Positions 1 to 9,394 of a stretch of 59,052 nucleotides of DNA are shown piece after piece; position 1 is the first letter of the stretch; each line of letters starts with the position of its first letter. A program made the translations under genes and the position numbers. The notes beneath the pieces were generated by a model. That model saw nothing but the letters and a program-made list of their open reading frames with translations. It did not search any database and was not told the origin of the DNA. Origin of the DNA: a virus (Duplodnaviria; Caudoviricetes). Location of the stretch: positions 1 through 59,052 of IMG/VR virus record IMGVR_UViG_3300025030_000115. One strand, 5' to 3'.

Positions 1-1
1 A

Positions 2-244
2 ATAAATACCCGTATAACAGTTTGGCAGGAAACTAAGGATAAGAATCTTTGGAGGCAGATAGTTCTTGATTTACCCGCTAGTTACAATTTTCTAAGTACT
101 TGGACAGGTAATTATCAGGTACTGAGAGCAATTTACCATGCCCGTAAGAACCATAAGCAAAGGGAATTCAGAGAGCTATGTGGCGGGGTAATTGCTAAAT
201 TGCCTTACAGTGAACTTATTACTTTAGAGAAGGAGACTAAATGA
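2..244 (+). CDS. 3' end of a phage ThyX-like (flavin-dependent thymidylate synthase-like) protein, partial
   Basis: Frame 2 open from the window edge: ...WRQIVLDLPASYNFLSTWTGNYQVLRAIYHARKNHKQREFRELC...LPYSELI. Resembles the C-terminus of the phage ThyX-like family; stop overlaps the ligase ATG (ATGA). Confidence 0.5.
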   Translation: MNTRITVWQETKDKNLWRQIVLDLPASYNFLSTWTGNYQVLRAIYHARKNHKQREFRELCGGVIAKLPYSELITLEKETK

Positions 245-1599
245 AAGAATTTCAAGTGTTTAAAGATATTCAAAATACTACCTCCAAGAAAGAAAAAGAA
301 GCCATTATATATTGCAATGACACAGAAACTCTTAGAAAGATGCTTCTGTACTGTTACTCCCCTCTTCTCACGTACAGGGTTAAGCAGATTGATTTTCCAG
401 ATAAATACAATACTGTCCAACCAGATATTTCTGACGAACTGTTCCAACTACTTGACCTACTAGCTTCACACACTGTTGGGACAAATGACGCTAAAGCTAT
501 GATTAAAAGACTATTAGCCAAATGTACGGAAGACGGTGCTAATTGGGTTTGTAAGATAATTAGCAAAGACCTTAAGATAGGAATTTCTGAGTCAACCATC
601 AACAAAGCTTTTCCTGACCTCGTGCCTACTTTTAAGGTTCAGTTAGCACTTCCGATGACCGAGCCTAAGTCTGTGGAAACTAGGTGGGACACGATTACTT
701 ACCCTAACTCTTGGATTCAGGAAGTCAAGCTGGACGCTCTTAGGTGCATTGCCATGTGCGACGGAGAAAAAGTTACCTTCAGAAGTAGAGAAGGATTTGA
801 ATTTGAGTCTTTAGATTTCATGGCCAGTGAAGTTCTGAAGTTAGCTCAAGGGCGTGCTATAGTTTTAGATGGTGAAATCGTAGCAACTACTTACAATCCA
901 AACTGCAAGGTCGCTAAAAAGAACTTTGACGCAGGAACTAAATGGGTATTCCCTCAATCAAGTAGCATGGTCCGCTCAAGTAAAGGTTCGTACTCAGAAG
1001 AAGAAATGAAAAGGTGCCTTACTTACGTAGTTTGGGATGTTGTTAGCTACGATTATTTTCTGGGTCAAGGTAAAGAAGGAACTTGCAAACCTCTGAGGTA
1101 TCGTAAAACTGAACTGGTGGGTATGTTTGAGGCAACTTCTGGAATTTCAAATATTAGTTTGATTTCAAGTAGACCTGTCAAGTCCAAGGAAGGAGCTGTT
1201 GCGTACCACAAAGAAATGATCGACCAAGGCGAAGAAGGCACGATGCTGAAAGAGCTTGATGCCGTATATGAATTCAAAAGATCACCTACTGTGTTGAAAT
1301 TAAAAGATTTTTTTACAAGTGACCTGAGAATCATAGGAGCAGTAGAAGGTACTAAGGGTTCTAAGTACGAAATGTCTTTGGGCACTTTGGTGGTCAGTGA
1401 TGATGCAGATTTGGTTAGTGAAGTAGGCACTGGAATTGACGACGATCTTAGACTAAATATGTGGTTCAGGCATAAACGAGGAGAACTTGTTGGGGGAATT
1501 GTTGAAGTAATTTTTCAGGAACGCACGGCGGATAACAGTTTAAGACTCCCTGTGTTTGTTAGAGAAAGGCCGGACAAGACCTCGGTTTCCTGGGGTTGA
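241..1599 (+). CDS. lig: ATP-dependent DNA ligase (T4 gp30-like)
   Basis: Motif I EVKLDALR, LDGEI, VWDVV, EGTMLK, LKLK, C-terminal OB fold with VGTG and SLRLPVF; AAGGAG RBS. Confidence 0.93.
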   Translation: MKEFQVFKDIQNTTSKKEKEAIIYCNDTETLRKMLLYCYSPLLTYRVKQIDFPDKYNTVQPDISDELFQLLDLLASHTVGTNDAKAMIKRLLAKCTEDGANWVCKIISKDLKIGISESTINKAFPDLVPTFKVQLALPMTEPKSVETRWDTITYPNSWIQEVKLDALRCIAMCDGEKVTFRSREGFEFESLDFMASEVLKLAQGRAIVLDGEIVATTYNPNCKVAKKNFDAGTKWVFPQSSSMVRSSKGSYSEEEMKRCLTYVVWDVVSYDYFLGQGKEGTCKPLRYRKTELVGMFEATSGISNISLISSRPVKSKEGAVAYHKEMIDQGEEGTMLKELDAVYEFKRSPTVLKLKDFFTSDLRIIGAVEGTKGSKYEMSLGTLVVSDDADLVSEVGTGIDDDLRLNMWFRHKRGELVGGIVEVIFQERTADNSLRLPVFVRERPDKTSVSWG

Positions 1600-1612
1600 T
1601 TAAGAAGTTAAA

Positions 1613-1626
1613 TAGGTAATTACCTA
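1613..1626. promoter_or_regulatory. Palindromic motif TAGGTAATTACCTA (perfect copy 1)
   Basis: Perfect 14-bp palindrome between lig and the prs-like gene; recurs at 25660, 38193 and 59022. Confidence 0.7.
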
Positions 1627-1640
1627 AAAAGGAGAACTAA

Positions 1641-2441
1641 ATGATCTTTATAGACGGGAAGTTAGTACAATTTGGAATGTTTCCCAACAAGGAATCTAAC
1701 CTGAACTTTAATACTGTAGGATTCCACACCCACAGTGTTATCACCCTGAAGTTTGAAAGTGACCTAGACCTATTCAACCTCTACATCCTTAAAAGTTATA
1801 TGGACGAAAATGGCTGCAGAAGTCCTTATCTAAAGATACTCTACATGCCTTACAGCAGGATGGATAGAAGGAATGAGTTCTATACCTTCAACCTCAAATA
1901 TGTAAGCAATTTTATCAACAGTATGAACTTTGCACAGGTAGAGATATTTGATACACATTCTGACGTTACTTCTGCGTTAGTTGACAGGTGTATCGACAGA
2001 AGTAATATTCCCTATCTGTTTGGTAAATTTCAGAAAGAAGTCGGCACTGAAAATGCCGTCATCATGTACCCTGATGCTGGTGCTCAAAAGAGGTATGAAA
2101 AGCACTTTGCATATCCATCGGTAGTTGGCAAGAAGGCCAGAAGTTTTGGTGACGGAAAGATTTTATCCTACGAAATTACCGGAGACGCTGCTGGTAAAAA
2201 TGTCGTTATTGTTGACGACTTATGTTCCAGAGGCAGTACTTTCATGGGTGCTGCGAATGCTCTGAAAGCTGTAGGAGCAAAAGACTTGTATCTCATCGTA
2301 AGTCACTGTGAGAATACAATTTTAGAAGGCGATGTATTGAGTTCTGGGCTGTTCAAAAAAGTTTACACAACGAATAGCATAATCTCTGAATCCGAAGCTT
2401 CTGATGCTTTCTCTATTCTTAACATTTACGGAGGTAAATAA
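1641..2441 (+). CDS. Ribose-phosphate pyrophosphokinase-like protein (likely Adps of NARP1)
   Basis: YMPYSRMDR, DTHSDV, YPDAGA and the VIVDDLCSRGSTF PRT motif; directly upstream of a NAMPT homolog. Confidence 0.88.
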   Translation: MIFIDGKLVQFGMFPNKESNLNFNTVGFHTHSVITLKFESDLDLFNLYILKSYMDENGCRSPYLKILYMPYSRMDRRNEFYTFNLKYVSNFINSMNFAQVEIFDTHSDVTSALVDRCIDRSNIPYLFGKFQKEVGTENAVIMYPDAGAQKRYEKHFAYPSVVGKKARSFGDGKILSYEITGDAAGKNVVIVDDLCSRGSTFMGAANALKAVGAKDLYLIVSHCENTILEGDVLSSGLFKKVYTTNSIISESEASDAFSILNIYGGK

Positions 2442-2443
2442 CT

Positions 2444-4138
2444 ATGAAAACTAACTTTAAAGTTCCTGCTACCCTCGCCGCAGATTTCTATAAACTTTCG
2501 CACCGGCTACAGTACCCTGCAAAGACCGAGAAGGTCTATAGCACATGGATTCCTAGGACCAGCAGAATTACTTTCGTAGACAAAGTTGTTGCGTTTGGAT
2601 TTCAAGCATTTGTTCAGAAGTACCTTATTGAATACTTTAACGACAATTTTTTCAGCCGTCCTCTAGATGACGTGGTAGCTGAGTATAGCAGGGTAGTTAA
2701 GTACTGTCTTGGAGATAACAATCCAGACACCTCTCACATCGAAGCACTTCACTCTTTAGGTTATCTTCCGATTCTTATTAAGGCAGTTCCTGAAGGCACT
2801 TTAGTTCCTGTTCGGGTGCCTATGCTGACCATTGAAAATACTCACGAAGACTTTGGCTGGCTCACTAATTATTTGGAGACTATAGCTTCCTGTGAACTTT
2901 GGCAGAGTGCTACGAGTGCAACTATAGCTCTTGAGTACAGGAAAATTTTGGATAAGTATGCTGCACTGACCTCTGACATCCCTGAGTTTGTTGACTTCCA
3001 AGGGCACGATTTCTCTATGCGTGGCATGAGTTCTTTGGAGTCTGCAATAACTTCTGGCATGGGGCATCTGCTGTCTTTTGCGGGAACTGACACAATCCCT
3101 GCCATTTTGGGTCTTGAAAATTACTATAACGCTAATATTGAAAATGAACTTGTAGGCTGTTCAGTCCCGGCGACCGAGCACAGCGTGGCCTGTTGTGGCG
3201 GCTCTAGCTCTTCTGAAGAGGAGGCTACTTTTAGGAGGCTTATCACAGAAGTCCACCCTACTGGCATCGTCTCTTTGGTTTCTGATACATGGGACCTTTG
3301 GAATGTTCTTACAAATATCCTGCCAAACCTTAAAGAAGTTATTGACGCAAGAGACGGTAAAGTAGTTATTCGGCCTGACTCTGGAGACCCTGTAGATATT
3401 ATTTGCGGAGTTGCGATAAAATGTTACGATACGCTTGCGGATGCAAAAGAAAGTTTTAAATGGCTGATTCAAGACAGCACTGTGCATGGTGAGCCTGAAG
3501 TCACCGTAGACCTCGACAAGTTAGTATCAGTAGAGGGAGTCACCTATAAGCTGGAAGCAGACATTGGCTGGAACCGTTATGACAAGCAATATTACTACAT
3601 TGACGACATAGATATCACAGCCACTAAAGTAGATAAAACTCCAGCGATGAAAGGGGTCATAGAACTACTTTATGAAACATTTGGTGGGACTGTTAATAGC
3701 AAAGGGTTTATTCAGCTGAGCGATAAAGTGGGGGCTATTTACGGAGACTCTATTATGCTTGAAAGGGCAGAAAACATCTGTAAACGCCTTATGGACAAAG
3801 GATTTGCCTCTACCAACATTGTGCTAGGTATTGGCTCGTATACTTACCAGTACAATACGAGGGACACTTTCGGATTCGCTATGAAAGCTACACACTGTGT
3901 CATTAATGGCGTTGAGAAAAATATCTTTAAAGATCCGATTACAGACGATGGAACTAAAAAATCTCTTACTGGACGTTGTGTTGTACAGAACGTTTGTGGA
4001 TTGTTGTTAACTACTGATGGGTTGTCTGAGTTAGAAGAATATGCTGTGCTTGATAATGTGCTTCAGCCTATTTTCTGCGACGGAGTTTTGTTGGTAGAAA
4101 CTTCACTAAAAGAAATCAGAGAACGAATCAAACAATAA
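2444..4138 (+). CDS. Nicotinamide phosphoribosyltransferase homolog (likely Namat of NARP1)
   Basis: DFYKLSH, HDFSMRG, GTDT, SVPATEHS, VSDTWD, IRPDSGDP, IYGDSI, RDTFGFAMKAT, KKSLTG. Confidence 0.92.
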   Translation: MKTNFKVPATLAADFYKLSHRLQYPAKTEKVYSTWIPRTSRITFVDKVVAFGFQAFVQKYLIEYFNDNFFSRPLDDVVAEYSRVVKYCLGDNNPDTSHIEALHSLGYLPILIKAVPEGTLVPVRVPMLTIENTHEDFGWLTNYLETIASCELWQSATSATIALEYRKILDKYAALTSDIPEFVDFQGHDFSMRGMSSLESAITSGMGHLLSFAGTDTIPAILGLENYYNANIENELVGCSVPATEHSVACCGGSSSSEEEATFRRLITEVHPTGIVSLVSDTWDLWNVLTNILPNLKEVIDARDGKVVIRPDSGDPVDIICGVAIKCYDTLADAKESFKWLIQDSTVHGEPEVTVDLDKLVSVEGVTYKLEADIGWNRYDKQYYYIDDIDITATKVDKTPAMKGVIELLYETFGGTVNSKGFIQLSDKVGAIYGDSIMLERAENICKRLMDKGFASTNIVLGIGSYTYQYNTRDTFGFAMKATHCVINGVEKNIFKDPITDDGTKKSLTGRCVVQNVCGLLLTTDGLSELEEYAVLDNVLQPIFCDGVLLVETSLKEIRERIKQ

Positions 4139-4150
4139 GGAGGTAGTACA

Positions 4151-4525
4151 ATGAAGCACCTTAAAATACGGGCAGAGTACAGACCTGCCTCAAAGGAAGT
4201 AGCAGTAACTCTACTAGAGCAGTCACATTTCGGCAGTGATTTCGGTAGGTTAGAATATGCTTTTAATAATGATCCTAAAAATGCTTGTGTATTTAAACAT
4301 AAGGGCATAGCAATATACAGCAGTGGGTTCTATAAACACGGGCCTCAGTATTTCTTTAAAGGTAAATACCCAAACACCGTAGAAAAAATTACCACTTGGC
4401 TCTGTGTAGGAGCTGATGCCATAAGATTTGAACGAGCTAAAGTAGAAAACTCTGTGCCGATTGGTGACTGGCCAGCCTTGAAAGCAGCTATTGAAGCCTA
4501 CAACGAATGGGGAGCCAACCAATGA
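4151..4525 (+). CDS. Hypothetical protein, paralog 1 of a 4-gene tandem array
   Basis: AAGGAGG RBS; MKHLKI...QSHFG.DFG...W.ALK..IEAYNEWG shared with the next three ORFs. Confidence 0.8.
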   Translation: MKHLKIRAEYRPASKEVAVTLLEQSHFGSDFGRLEYAFNNDPKNACVFKHKGIAIYSSGFYKHGPQYFFKGKYPNTVEKITTWLCVGADAIRFERAKVENSVPIGDWPALKAAIEAYNEWGANQ

Positions 4526-5197
4526 AACACATAAAAATTAGAGGTGAACTTGTAAATGAAGTTAAGAATAAAGTTAAAGTGACAATTTTGGCACAGAGCC
4601 ACGTCCATGATGAATTTGGTCAGGCATGGGGGCATGAAGGTGGTACCAGAATGTTTGAGAAAGTAGGGTACGGCTTGTACGCTCCTAGAGGTTGGCAGCC
4701 TATGGTGTATGAGGAAAAATCATTTTTTGACGGAACCTTATTTTTAATGAGCGAGGAAGTTATTAAAGATGCTAGCGAAGCTAAGTCTTTTACCTGCACT
4801 TTAGAGGAATACAAGCATCTCAAAGAGTTAGTTATAGAATACAACGAATGGGGAGCCAACCAATGAAACACATAAAAATTAGAGGGGAACTTGTAGGCCC
4901 TAAAAGAGACAGGGTAAAAATAACCATTCTGGAACAGACACATTTCTTTAAAGATTTTGGTAATGTTACGGATAAAATGGCTGGCTCTGCCTTCACTCAC
5001 GGAGAAGGACTTTTAAACAGTGACGGCGAAGAGCCAGCATATAACAGTAGAAATATGTCCATTCATGACGGTAACTATTACCACTGGCTTTTTGTTAATG
5101 GGCGGCCGCACCACAAAGGCGATGTTGGAGAACTTTTAACACTAGAGGCTTGGGCAGTTTTGAAAGAAACCGTGAAGGCTTACAACGAATGGGGAGC
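4499..5197 (+). repeat. Junction direct repeats with a 341-bp period
   Basis: 56-nt TACAACGAATGGGGAGCCAACCAATGAAACACATAAAAATTAGAGG(T/G)GAACTTGTA at 4499-4554 and 4840-4895 (1 mismatch); 17-nt partial copy at 5181-5197. Confidence 0.92.
4522..4866 (+). CDS. Hypothetical protein, paralog 2
   Basis: ATG overlapping the upstream stop (ATGA); MKHIKIRGELV...QSHV...YNEWGANQ. Confidence 0.8.
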   Translation: MKHIKIRGELVNEVKNKVKVTILAQSHVHDEFGQAWGHEGGTRMFEKVGYGLYAPRGWQPMVYEEKSFFDGTLFLMSEEVIKDASEAKSFTCTLEEYKHLKELVIEYNEWGANQ

Positions 5198-5207
5198 AGA
5201 TAAATGA
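4863..5207 (+). CDS. Hypothetical protein, paralog 3
   Basis: ATGA coupling; MKHIKIRGELV...QTHF...YNEWGADK. Confidence 0.8.
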   Translation: MKHIKIRGELVGPKRDRVKITILEQTHFFKDFGNVTDKMAGSAFTHGEGLLNSDGEEPAYNSRNMSIHDGNYYHWLFVNGRPHHKGDVGELLTLEAWAVLKETVKAYNEWGADK

Positions 5208-5560
5208 GCAGACACCTAAAAATTAAATCACAATTAAATCCAGACAAAAAGACAGCAACTCTCACATGGATTTCTCAAACTCATTTTGGAAGCAATTTTG
5301 GGAACAGTAGGCCGGTTGGTGTAGAGTACGATGACTTTTTTGACCCTAAATGCGCCCACACCGTTGGTAACTTCAGTCTCGTAAGTCATCATAATAATAC
5401 ATTTAGGAAGGGTAATCTCACGTCTTTAGGAACTAGAAATAATAAATGGTTTCTATTGCCTAACCGAAAACCATGCGGTCAATTAACTACAACTATCGCA
5501 GTAGAAGACTGGCCTTGGATTAAAAAGCTGGTGGAATCTTACAATGAATTTTATAAATAA
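5204..5560 (+). CDS. Hypothetical protein, paralog 4
   Basis: ATGA coupling; MSRHLKI...QTHFGSNFG...DWPWIKKLVESYNEF. Confidence 0.78.
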   Translation: MSRHLKIKSQLNPDKKTATLTWISQTHFGSNFGNSRPVGVEYDDFFDPKCAHTVGNFSLVSHHNNTFRKGNLTSLGTRNNKWFLLPNRKPCGQLTTTIAVEDWPWIKKLVESYNEFYK

Positions 5561-5572
5561 GGAGGCACCTAA

Positions 5573-5722
5573 ATGACTAGTGAAGAGAAAGTAGAAGTTT
5601 TTAAGTGGCTAAGGAATATCTGTATTGTATCCGATTGCCCTCCCGCCAAACTGGAGTGCTACGAGTGTCCAATTGGAAAGGCTGAGAAAGAATACAAGGA
5701 GGCTATAGAAAATGATAATTGA
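5573..5722 (+). CDS. Small Cys-rich hypothetical protein (49 aa, not in the ORF track)
   Basis: AAGGAGG RBS; MTSEEKVEVFKWLRNICIVSDCPPAKLECYECPIG...; fills the gap exactly. Confidence 0.6.
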   Translation: MTSEEKVEVFKWLRNICIVSDCPPAKLECYECPIGKAEKEYKEAIENDN

Positions 5723-6026
5723 CTATTGTAAAGATGGAGAGGCTGTTGGGGATCTTAGTGCTAAAGATTACCTGAGAAAGAAATTCAAAGAATATCCAGA
5801 CTGGCACATTCACACATCTTCTGAATGTGTTATCTTAGCTGCCAGAACTTTGGTTGTAGAAGGTGAACTTCCGGCTGATAAGATAAAATTTTGGCACGAA
5901 CACAAGTTCGTTAGTAATATAAATGAAGAGGGCAGGCTTACGCATCCCCCAAAAGATTTCTGTGACTTCACTCTTAGGTGCTTAGGGCAAATATTAAGAG
6001 GAAAAGTAATAAGGAAACTCCCATGA
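5712..6026 (+). CDS. Hypothetical protein
   Basis: AAGGAGG RBS; packed in the operon. Confidence 0.65.
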   Translation: MIIDYCKDGEAVGDLSAKDYLRKKFKEYPDWHIHTSSECVILAARTLVVEGELPADKIKFWHEHKFVSNINEEGRLTHPPKDFCDFTLRCLGQILRGKVIRKLP

Positions 6027-6331
6027 AAATGCAATCCACTAGAGAAAAATACCTAGTAACTAAAATGGGAGTTCAGTATAAACACTGCACAGATAACTAC
6101 ATTTTCACTGGGCAAGGGATGTGGTCTGAAGGAGAGTACTTCTACAAACTATTTAAATGGGCGCAAAATAGTTCTTGGTGGGGTTATCTGAAAAGGGATT
6201 ATATAGGTGACGAGGGAGATGGTATTTTAGGCCCACTTTACTATCCCATAGATGAATCCTACATAGACACTGAGATGCTGGCTAACGCAATCTACTCCTA
6301 TTTTATTAAGAAAGAGGAGGTTCCATTTTGA
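6023..6331 (+). CDS. Hypothetical protein (aromatic-rich)
   Basis: ATGA overlap with the upstream stop; stop overlaps the helicase start. Confidence 0.6.
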   Translation: MKMQSTREKYLVTKMGVQYKHCTDNYIFTGQGMWSEGEYFYKLFKWAQNSSWWGYLKRDYIGDEGDGILGPLYYPIDESYIDTEMLANAIYSYFIKKEEVPF

Positions 6332-7644
6332 TAGAGGTTAGACATGTAGCTCGCGTCCAACTACCTGAGGATGAAAATGTAAAAGCCATGATTTTAAACA
6401 TGTTTTCGTACACTTCCAGAACCGGAGAATCTTTTCATAACTACTCTTACAAAGATGGAGTAGCCTATCTTCCCCCTTGCCTTCCAAAATTAGAGGTAGT
6501 TGCTAGTCTGTTAAACGAAACGGTAGTGGATAACAGAAGTTCCGGGCAAAATATATCCTCGCCTTTCATACTAAATCCAGAATTTACTTTAAGGGATTAT
6601 CAAGTAGAACCCGCCAGACAACTTTTTGAACATGCTAAAAATAACAAATCAGCAACTTTAAGTGCAGGCTGTGGAACTGGAAAAACTATAGTAGTGTCTC
6701 ATGCGGCTGGTCGTTTAAATAAGAAGATCCTTGGTATTTTAGATCAGTCGAATTTATTTCAAAATTGGGCGATTGCTTTTGATCTAATCTACGGTAAAAA
6801 AATTCAGCAACTAAAGTCAACGGACCTTGTATTCTCAGACGTGTGCATAACAACGTTTCAGATGCTACACAGGAATCCTGAGTTACTTTCTAGGATCAGG
6901 AAAGAATTCGGCTGTCTAATTTTAGATGAGTGTCATGTCGTAAAGGCTGCTACCTTCAAACAAGTTTTATCCAGACTAGATACTCAATATCGTGTAGCAT
7001 GTACGGCCACTTTCTTTAATAAAAACCTACCTTTAGGGATTCTTGAGGACTGGCTCGCCCCGGTGTCTGTTAAGATGGTAGATCAAGACGCCCTAACTCC
7101 AGAGATACGTTGGATAGACACAGGAGTAATTTGGTCTTCAGAAGAGCCTATGGACTACGCTTCCTACGTTCTTCCAGCACTTGCAGCAGATTCTAAAAGA
7201 AATGCTGTTATATTCAGTATCTTAAAACAGTGTTTGGAAGAGAAGCGTAGAACAATAGTTTGCTGCATCACAGTAAAACAAGCTAACTTTCTACATGAGA
7301 TTATGGTTAAATCTGGCGCACGATCTACCGTGTATACTGGAAGTACTACTGCCAAGAGGGACTTGGAAGTCAAAACTAAAATGAATTCTGGAGAGTTAGA
7401 CTTCATTTTTGCTTCCATGAAATTTAACAAAGGTACCGATATAGACACAGCGGATTGCATGGTTTTGGTAAGACCCAACAACAATCTTAAAGACACCCAA
7501 CAATTAACTGGGCGAGTAGTTCGGAAGGTTGAGGGGAAACCAAAACCAATAGTTTATGATTTTGCTGATGTAGGTTACTTAGCAGAAATTTTTGTAAGAA
7601 ACCGTAAAAAGTTCTATAAGAGCCTTAACTACGAAGAAGGGTAG
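6328..7644 (+). CDS. Superfamily 2 DNA helicase (T5 D10/UvsW-like)
   Basis: LRDYQ Q-motif, GCGTGKT Walker A, DECH, TAT, KGTDI, QLTGRVVR. Confidence 0.9.
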   Translation: MIEVRHVARVQLPEDENVKAMILNMFSYTSRTGESFHNYSYKDGVAYLPPCLPKLEVVASLLNETVVDNRSSGQNISSPFILNPEFTLRDYQVEPARQLFEHAKNNKSATLSAGCGTGKTIVVSHAAGRLNKKILGILDQSNLFQNWAIAFDLIYGKKIQQLKSTDLVFSDVCITTFQMLHRNPELLSRIRKEFGCLILDECHVVKAATFKQVLSRLDTQYRVACTATFFNKNLPLGILEDWLAPVSVKMVDQDALTPEIRWIDTGVIWSSEEPMDYASYVLPALAADSKRNAVIFSILKQCLEEKRRTIVCCITVKQANFLHEIMVKSGARSTVYTGSTTAKRDLEVKTKMNSGELDFIFASMKFNKGTDIDTADCMVLVRPNNNLKDTQQLTGRVVRKVEGKPKPIVYDFADVGYLAEIFVRNRKKFYKSLNYEEG

Positions 7645-7736
7645 GCTAGGGTATGAGTGAGTTAAAAAGTCCCTCTACGGACAATCCTCGTTCGTTCTAG
7701 AGGTGGTTGTGGAGGATAATATGGAGGGTTATTACT

Positions 7737-7949
7737 ATGGAAAACACTATGACTGAGAGAGAAGCAGGCAATAAATTCTGCCCAGAAGCTTTATACAAAT
7801 TTAACATGGAAATTGCAACTTGTAAAGGCTCCGACTGTATGGCTTGGCGGTGGCATTCTGAGGAGACACTAGAGAAGGGCTATGGAGAGAAAGATGAGGT
7901 TATATCTTATGGGTACTGTGGAAAGGTGCCTTTAACATGGAATTGGTAA
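7737..7949 (+). CDS. Small Cys-containing hypothetical protein
   Basis: GGAGG RBS; KFCP...CKGSDCMAWRW...GYCG pattern. Confidence 0.6.
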   Translation: MENTMTEREAGNKFCPEALYKFNMEIATCKGSDCMAWRWHSEETLEKGYGEKDEVISYGYCGKVPLTWNW

Positions 7950-7970
7950 TTACCTAAAAGGAGGTAGGAG

Positions 7971-8612
7971 GTGAAGATTAAGTATCCTAGAACATACCAT
8001 CTTCCGTGGTCCGAGGGATCAACTAATGACGATAAAACTTTAGGTAACGCAAAATGTTTTGAAAATAAATTTGTGGTAGTGACTGAAAAAATGGACGGCG
8101 AAAATACTACAATGTACTATGACAGTATACATGCTAGATCGCTAGACAGTAAGCACCACCCTAGCAGAGATTGGGTAAAAGCATTCCACGCTGGCCTAGC
8201 ATACGGTATGGAAGGTTCAGCTATAAAGTTGGGTATAAATCCTTCTGATTTTCGTATTTGTGGTGAAAATGTCTACGCAAAACATTCCATACACTATAAA
8301 GAATTAGAGACATATTTCTACGGGTTCTCTGTTTGGGGCGGGGAGTACTGCCTGAGCTGGGATGATACTGCAAAGATATTTAACGAACTTGGCATAACGT
8401 CAACCCCCTTGTTATACCTAGGAGTATTTGATGAAAAAATTATAAAAAGTTTGAGTGACTACAGAGAAGGTTACGTAGTTCGTCTAGCGTCTGAATTTCA
8501 CATAACAGATTTTGCTAAGTCTGTAGCTAAATTTGTTAGGGCAAACCACGTTCAGACAGATGAACACTGGGCACATAAAGCGGTAGTACCAAACCAGCTA
8601 AGGAGAAAATAA
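7971..8612 (+). CDS. RNA ligase (Rnl-like nucleotidyltransferase)
   Basis: KYPRTYHLPWS, TEKMDGEN (motif I), ICGEN, FYGFSV, EGYVVR, AKFVR. Confidence 0.85.
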   Translation: MKIKYPRTYHLPWSEGSTNDDKTLGNAKCFENKFVVVTEKMDGENTTMYYDSIHARSLDSKHHPSRDWVKAFHAGLAYGMEGSAIKLGINPSDFRICGENVYAKHSIHYKELETYFYGFSVWGGEYCLSWDDTAKIFNELGITSTPLLYLGVFDEKIIKSLSDYREGYVVRLASEFHITDFAKSVAKFVRANHVQTDEHWAHKAVVPNQLRRK

Positions 8613-8613
8613 T

Positions 8614-9369
8614 ATGGCATTAGTCACGGGAGATACCCATGGTAACCTCAGCCGCTTAAAAGCATTTCTGAGATACAAACCTGAAGAGGAACACATTCTA
8701 ACAGGCGATCTAATGGACTCCTACGTAGCATCCGACACAGGTATTATAGAAACCTTTCAGTTGTTTCAGAAATCAGATGCTATTTCGGTCTACGGTAACC
8801 ATGAGGTTCCGTACCTAAAAAACTGTCCTGGACAACTCATGTGCTCTGGTCATCGCTACAATCCTACCTTCGGTCACCTTGTAAATGGCAGCAAAGATAA
8901 ATTTAAGGGATCTTACGTTCGAGACGGCTACCTAATAACCCATGCAGGAGTCGTTGAAGAAATTGGTAGCAGATTCTCTGATCTAGAATCTCTAAGCGAA
9001 TATATAAACACTGAGATAGATAAGATTGTCTATAACGAGGAGATTTGGGTAGAGTACCCTTTGTCAGATGTGTTTAATATTTCTGTTGTGAGGGGCGGTT
9101 ATCATAGGTATGGTGGACCTCTTTGGGCTGATTATAGACGAGAAAAATATGATTGCACTAAGAATCAAATCTTTGGACACTCTCACTCGGACACATTACA
9201 GATATTCTCTAGGGCAGTTAAGAACAGCGAAAAGAACTATCAACATGTTGCGGTAGATTGCAAAGAATTTTCATGCTTTAACACCAAGACGGGCGCAGCA
9301 GAGGACTTTATGTTTCCTGCATTTAAAGACGATCCTGTTGTTCGTAAGATGCTTGAGGTTGGGTTCTAA
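8614..9369 (+). CDS. Calcineurin-like metallophosphoesterase
   Basis: GDTHG, GDLMD, GNHE, THAG, QIFGHS. Confidence 0.88.
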   Translation: MALVTGDTHGNLSRLKAFLRYKPEEEHILTGDLMDSYVASDTGIIETFQLFQKSDAISVYGNHEVPYLKNCPGQLMCSGHRYNPTFGHLVNGSKDKFKGSYVRDGYLITHAGVVEEIGSRFSDLESLSEYINTEIDKIVYNEEIWVEYPLSDVFNISVVRGGYHRYGGPLWADYRREKYDCTKNQIFGHSHSDTLQIFSRAVKNSEKNYQHVAVDCKEFSCFNTKTGAAEDFMFPAFKDDPVVRKMLEVGF

Positions 9370-9394
9370 CTTAACTATATAGGAGGAAGACTTA

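Noticed and set aside
715-750. Ligase motif I reads KLDA instead of KxDG, suggesting inactivity
   Set aside because: The catalytic Lys, Asp, Arg and all other motifs are intact; most likely a tolerated variant.
4499-5197. Regularly spaced direct repeats as a CRISPR array or integron attC sites
   Set aside because: The spacers are ~285-nt protein-coding gene bodies, the repeats are coding and non-palindromic, and no cas or integrase gene is present.
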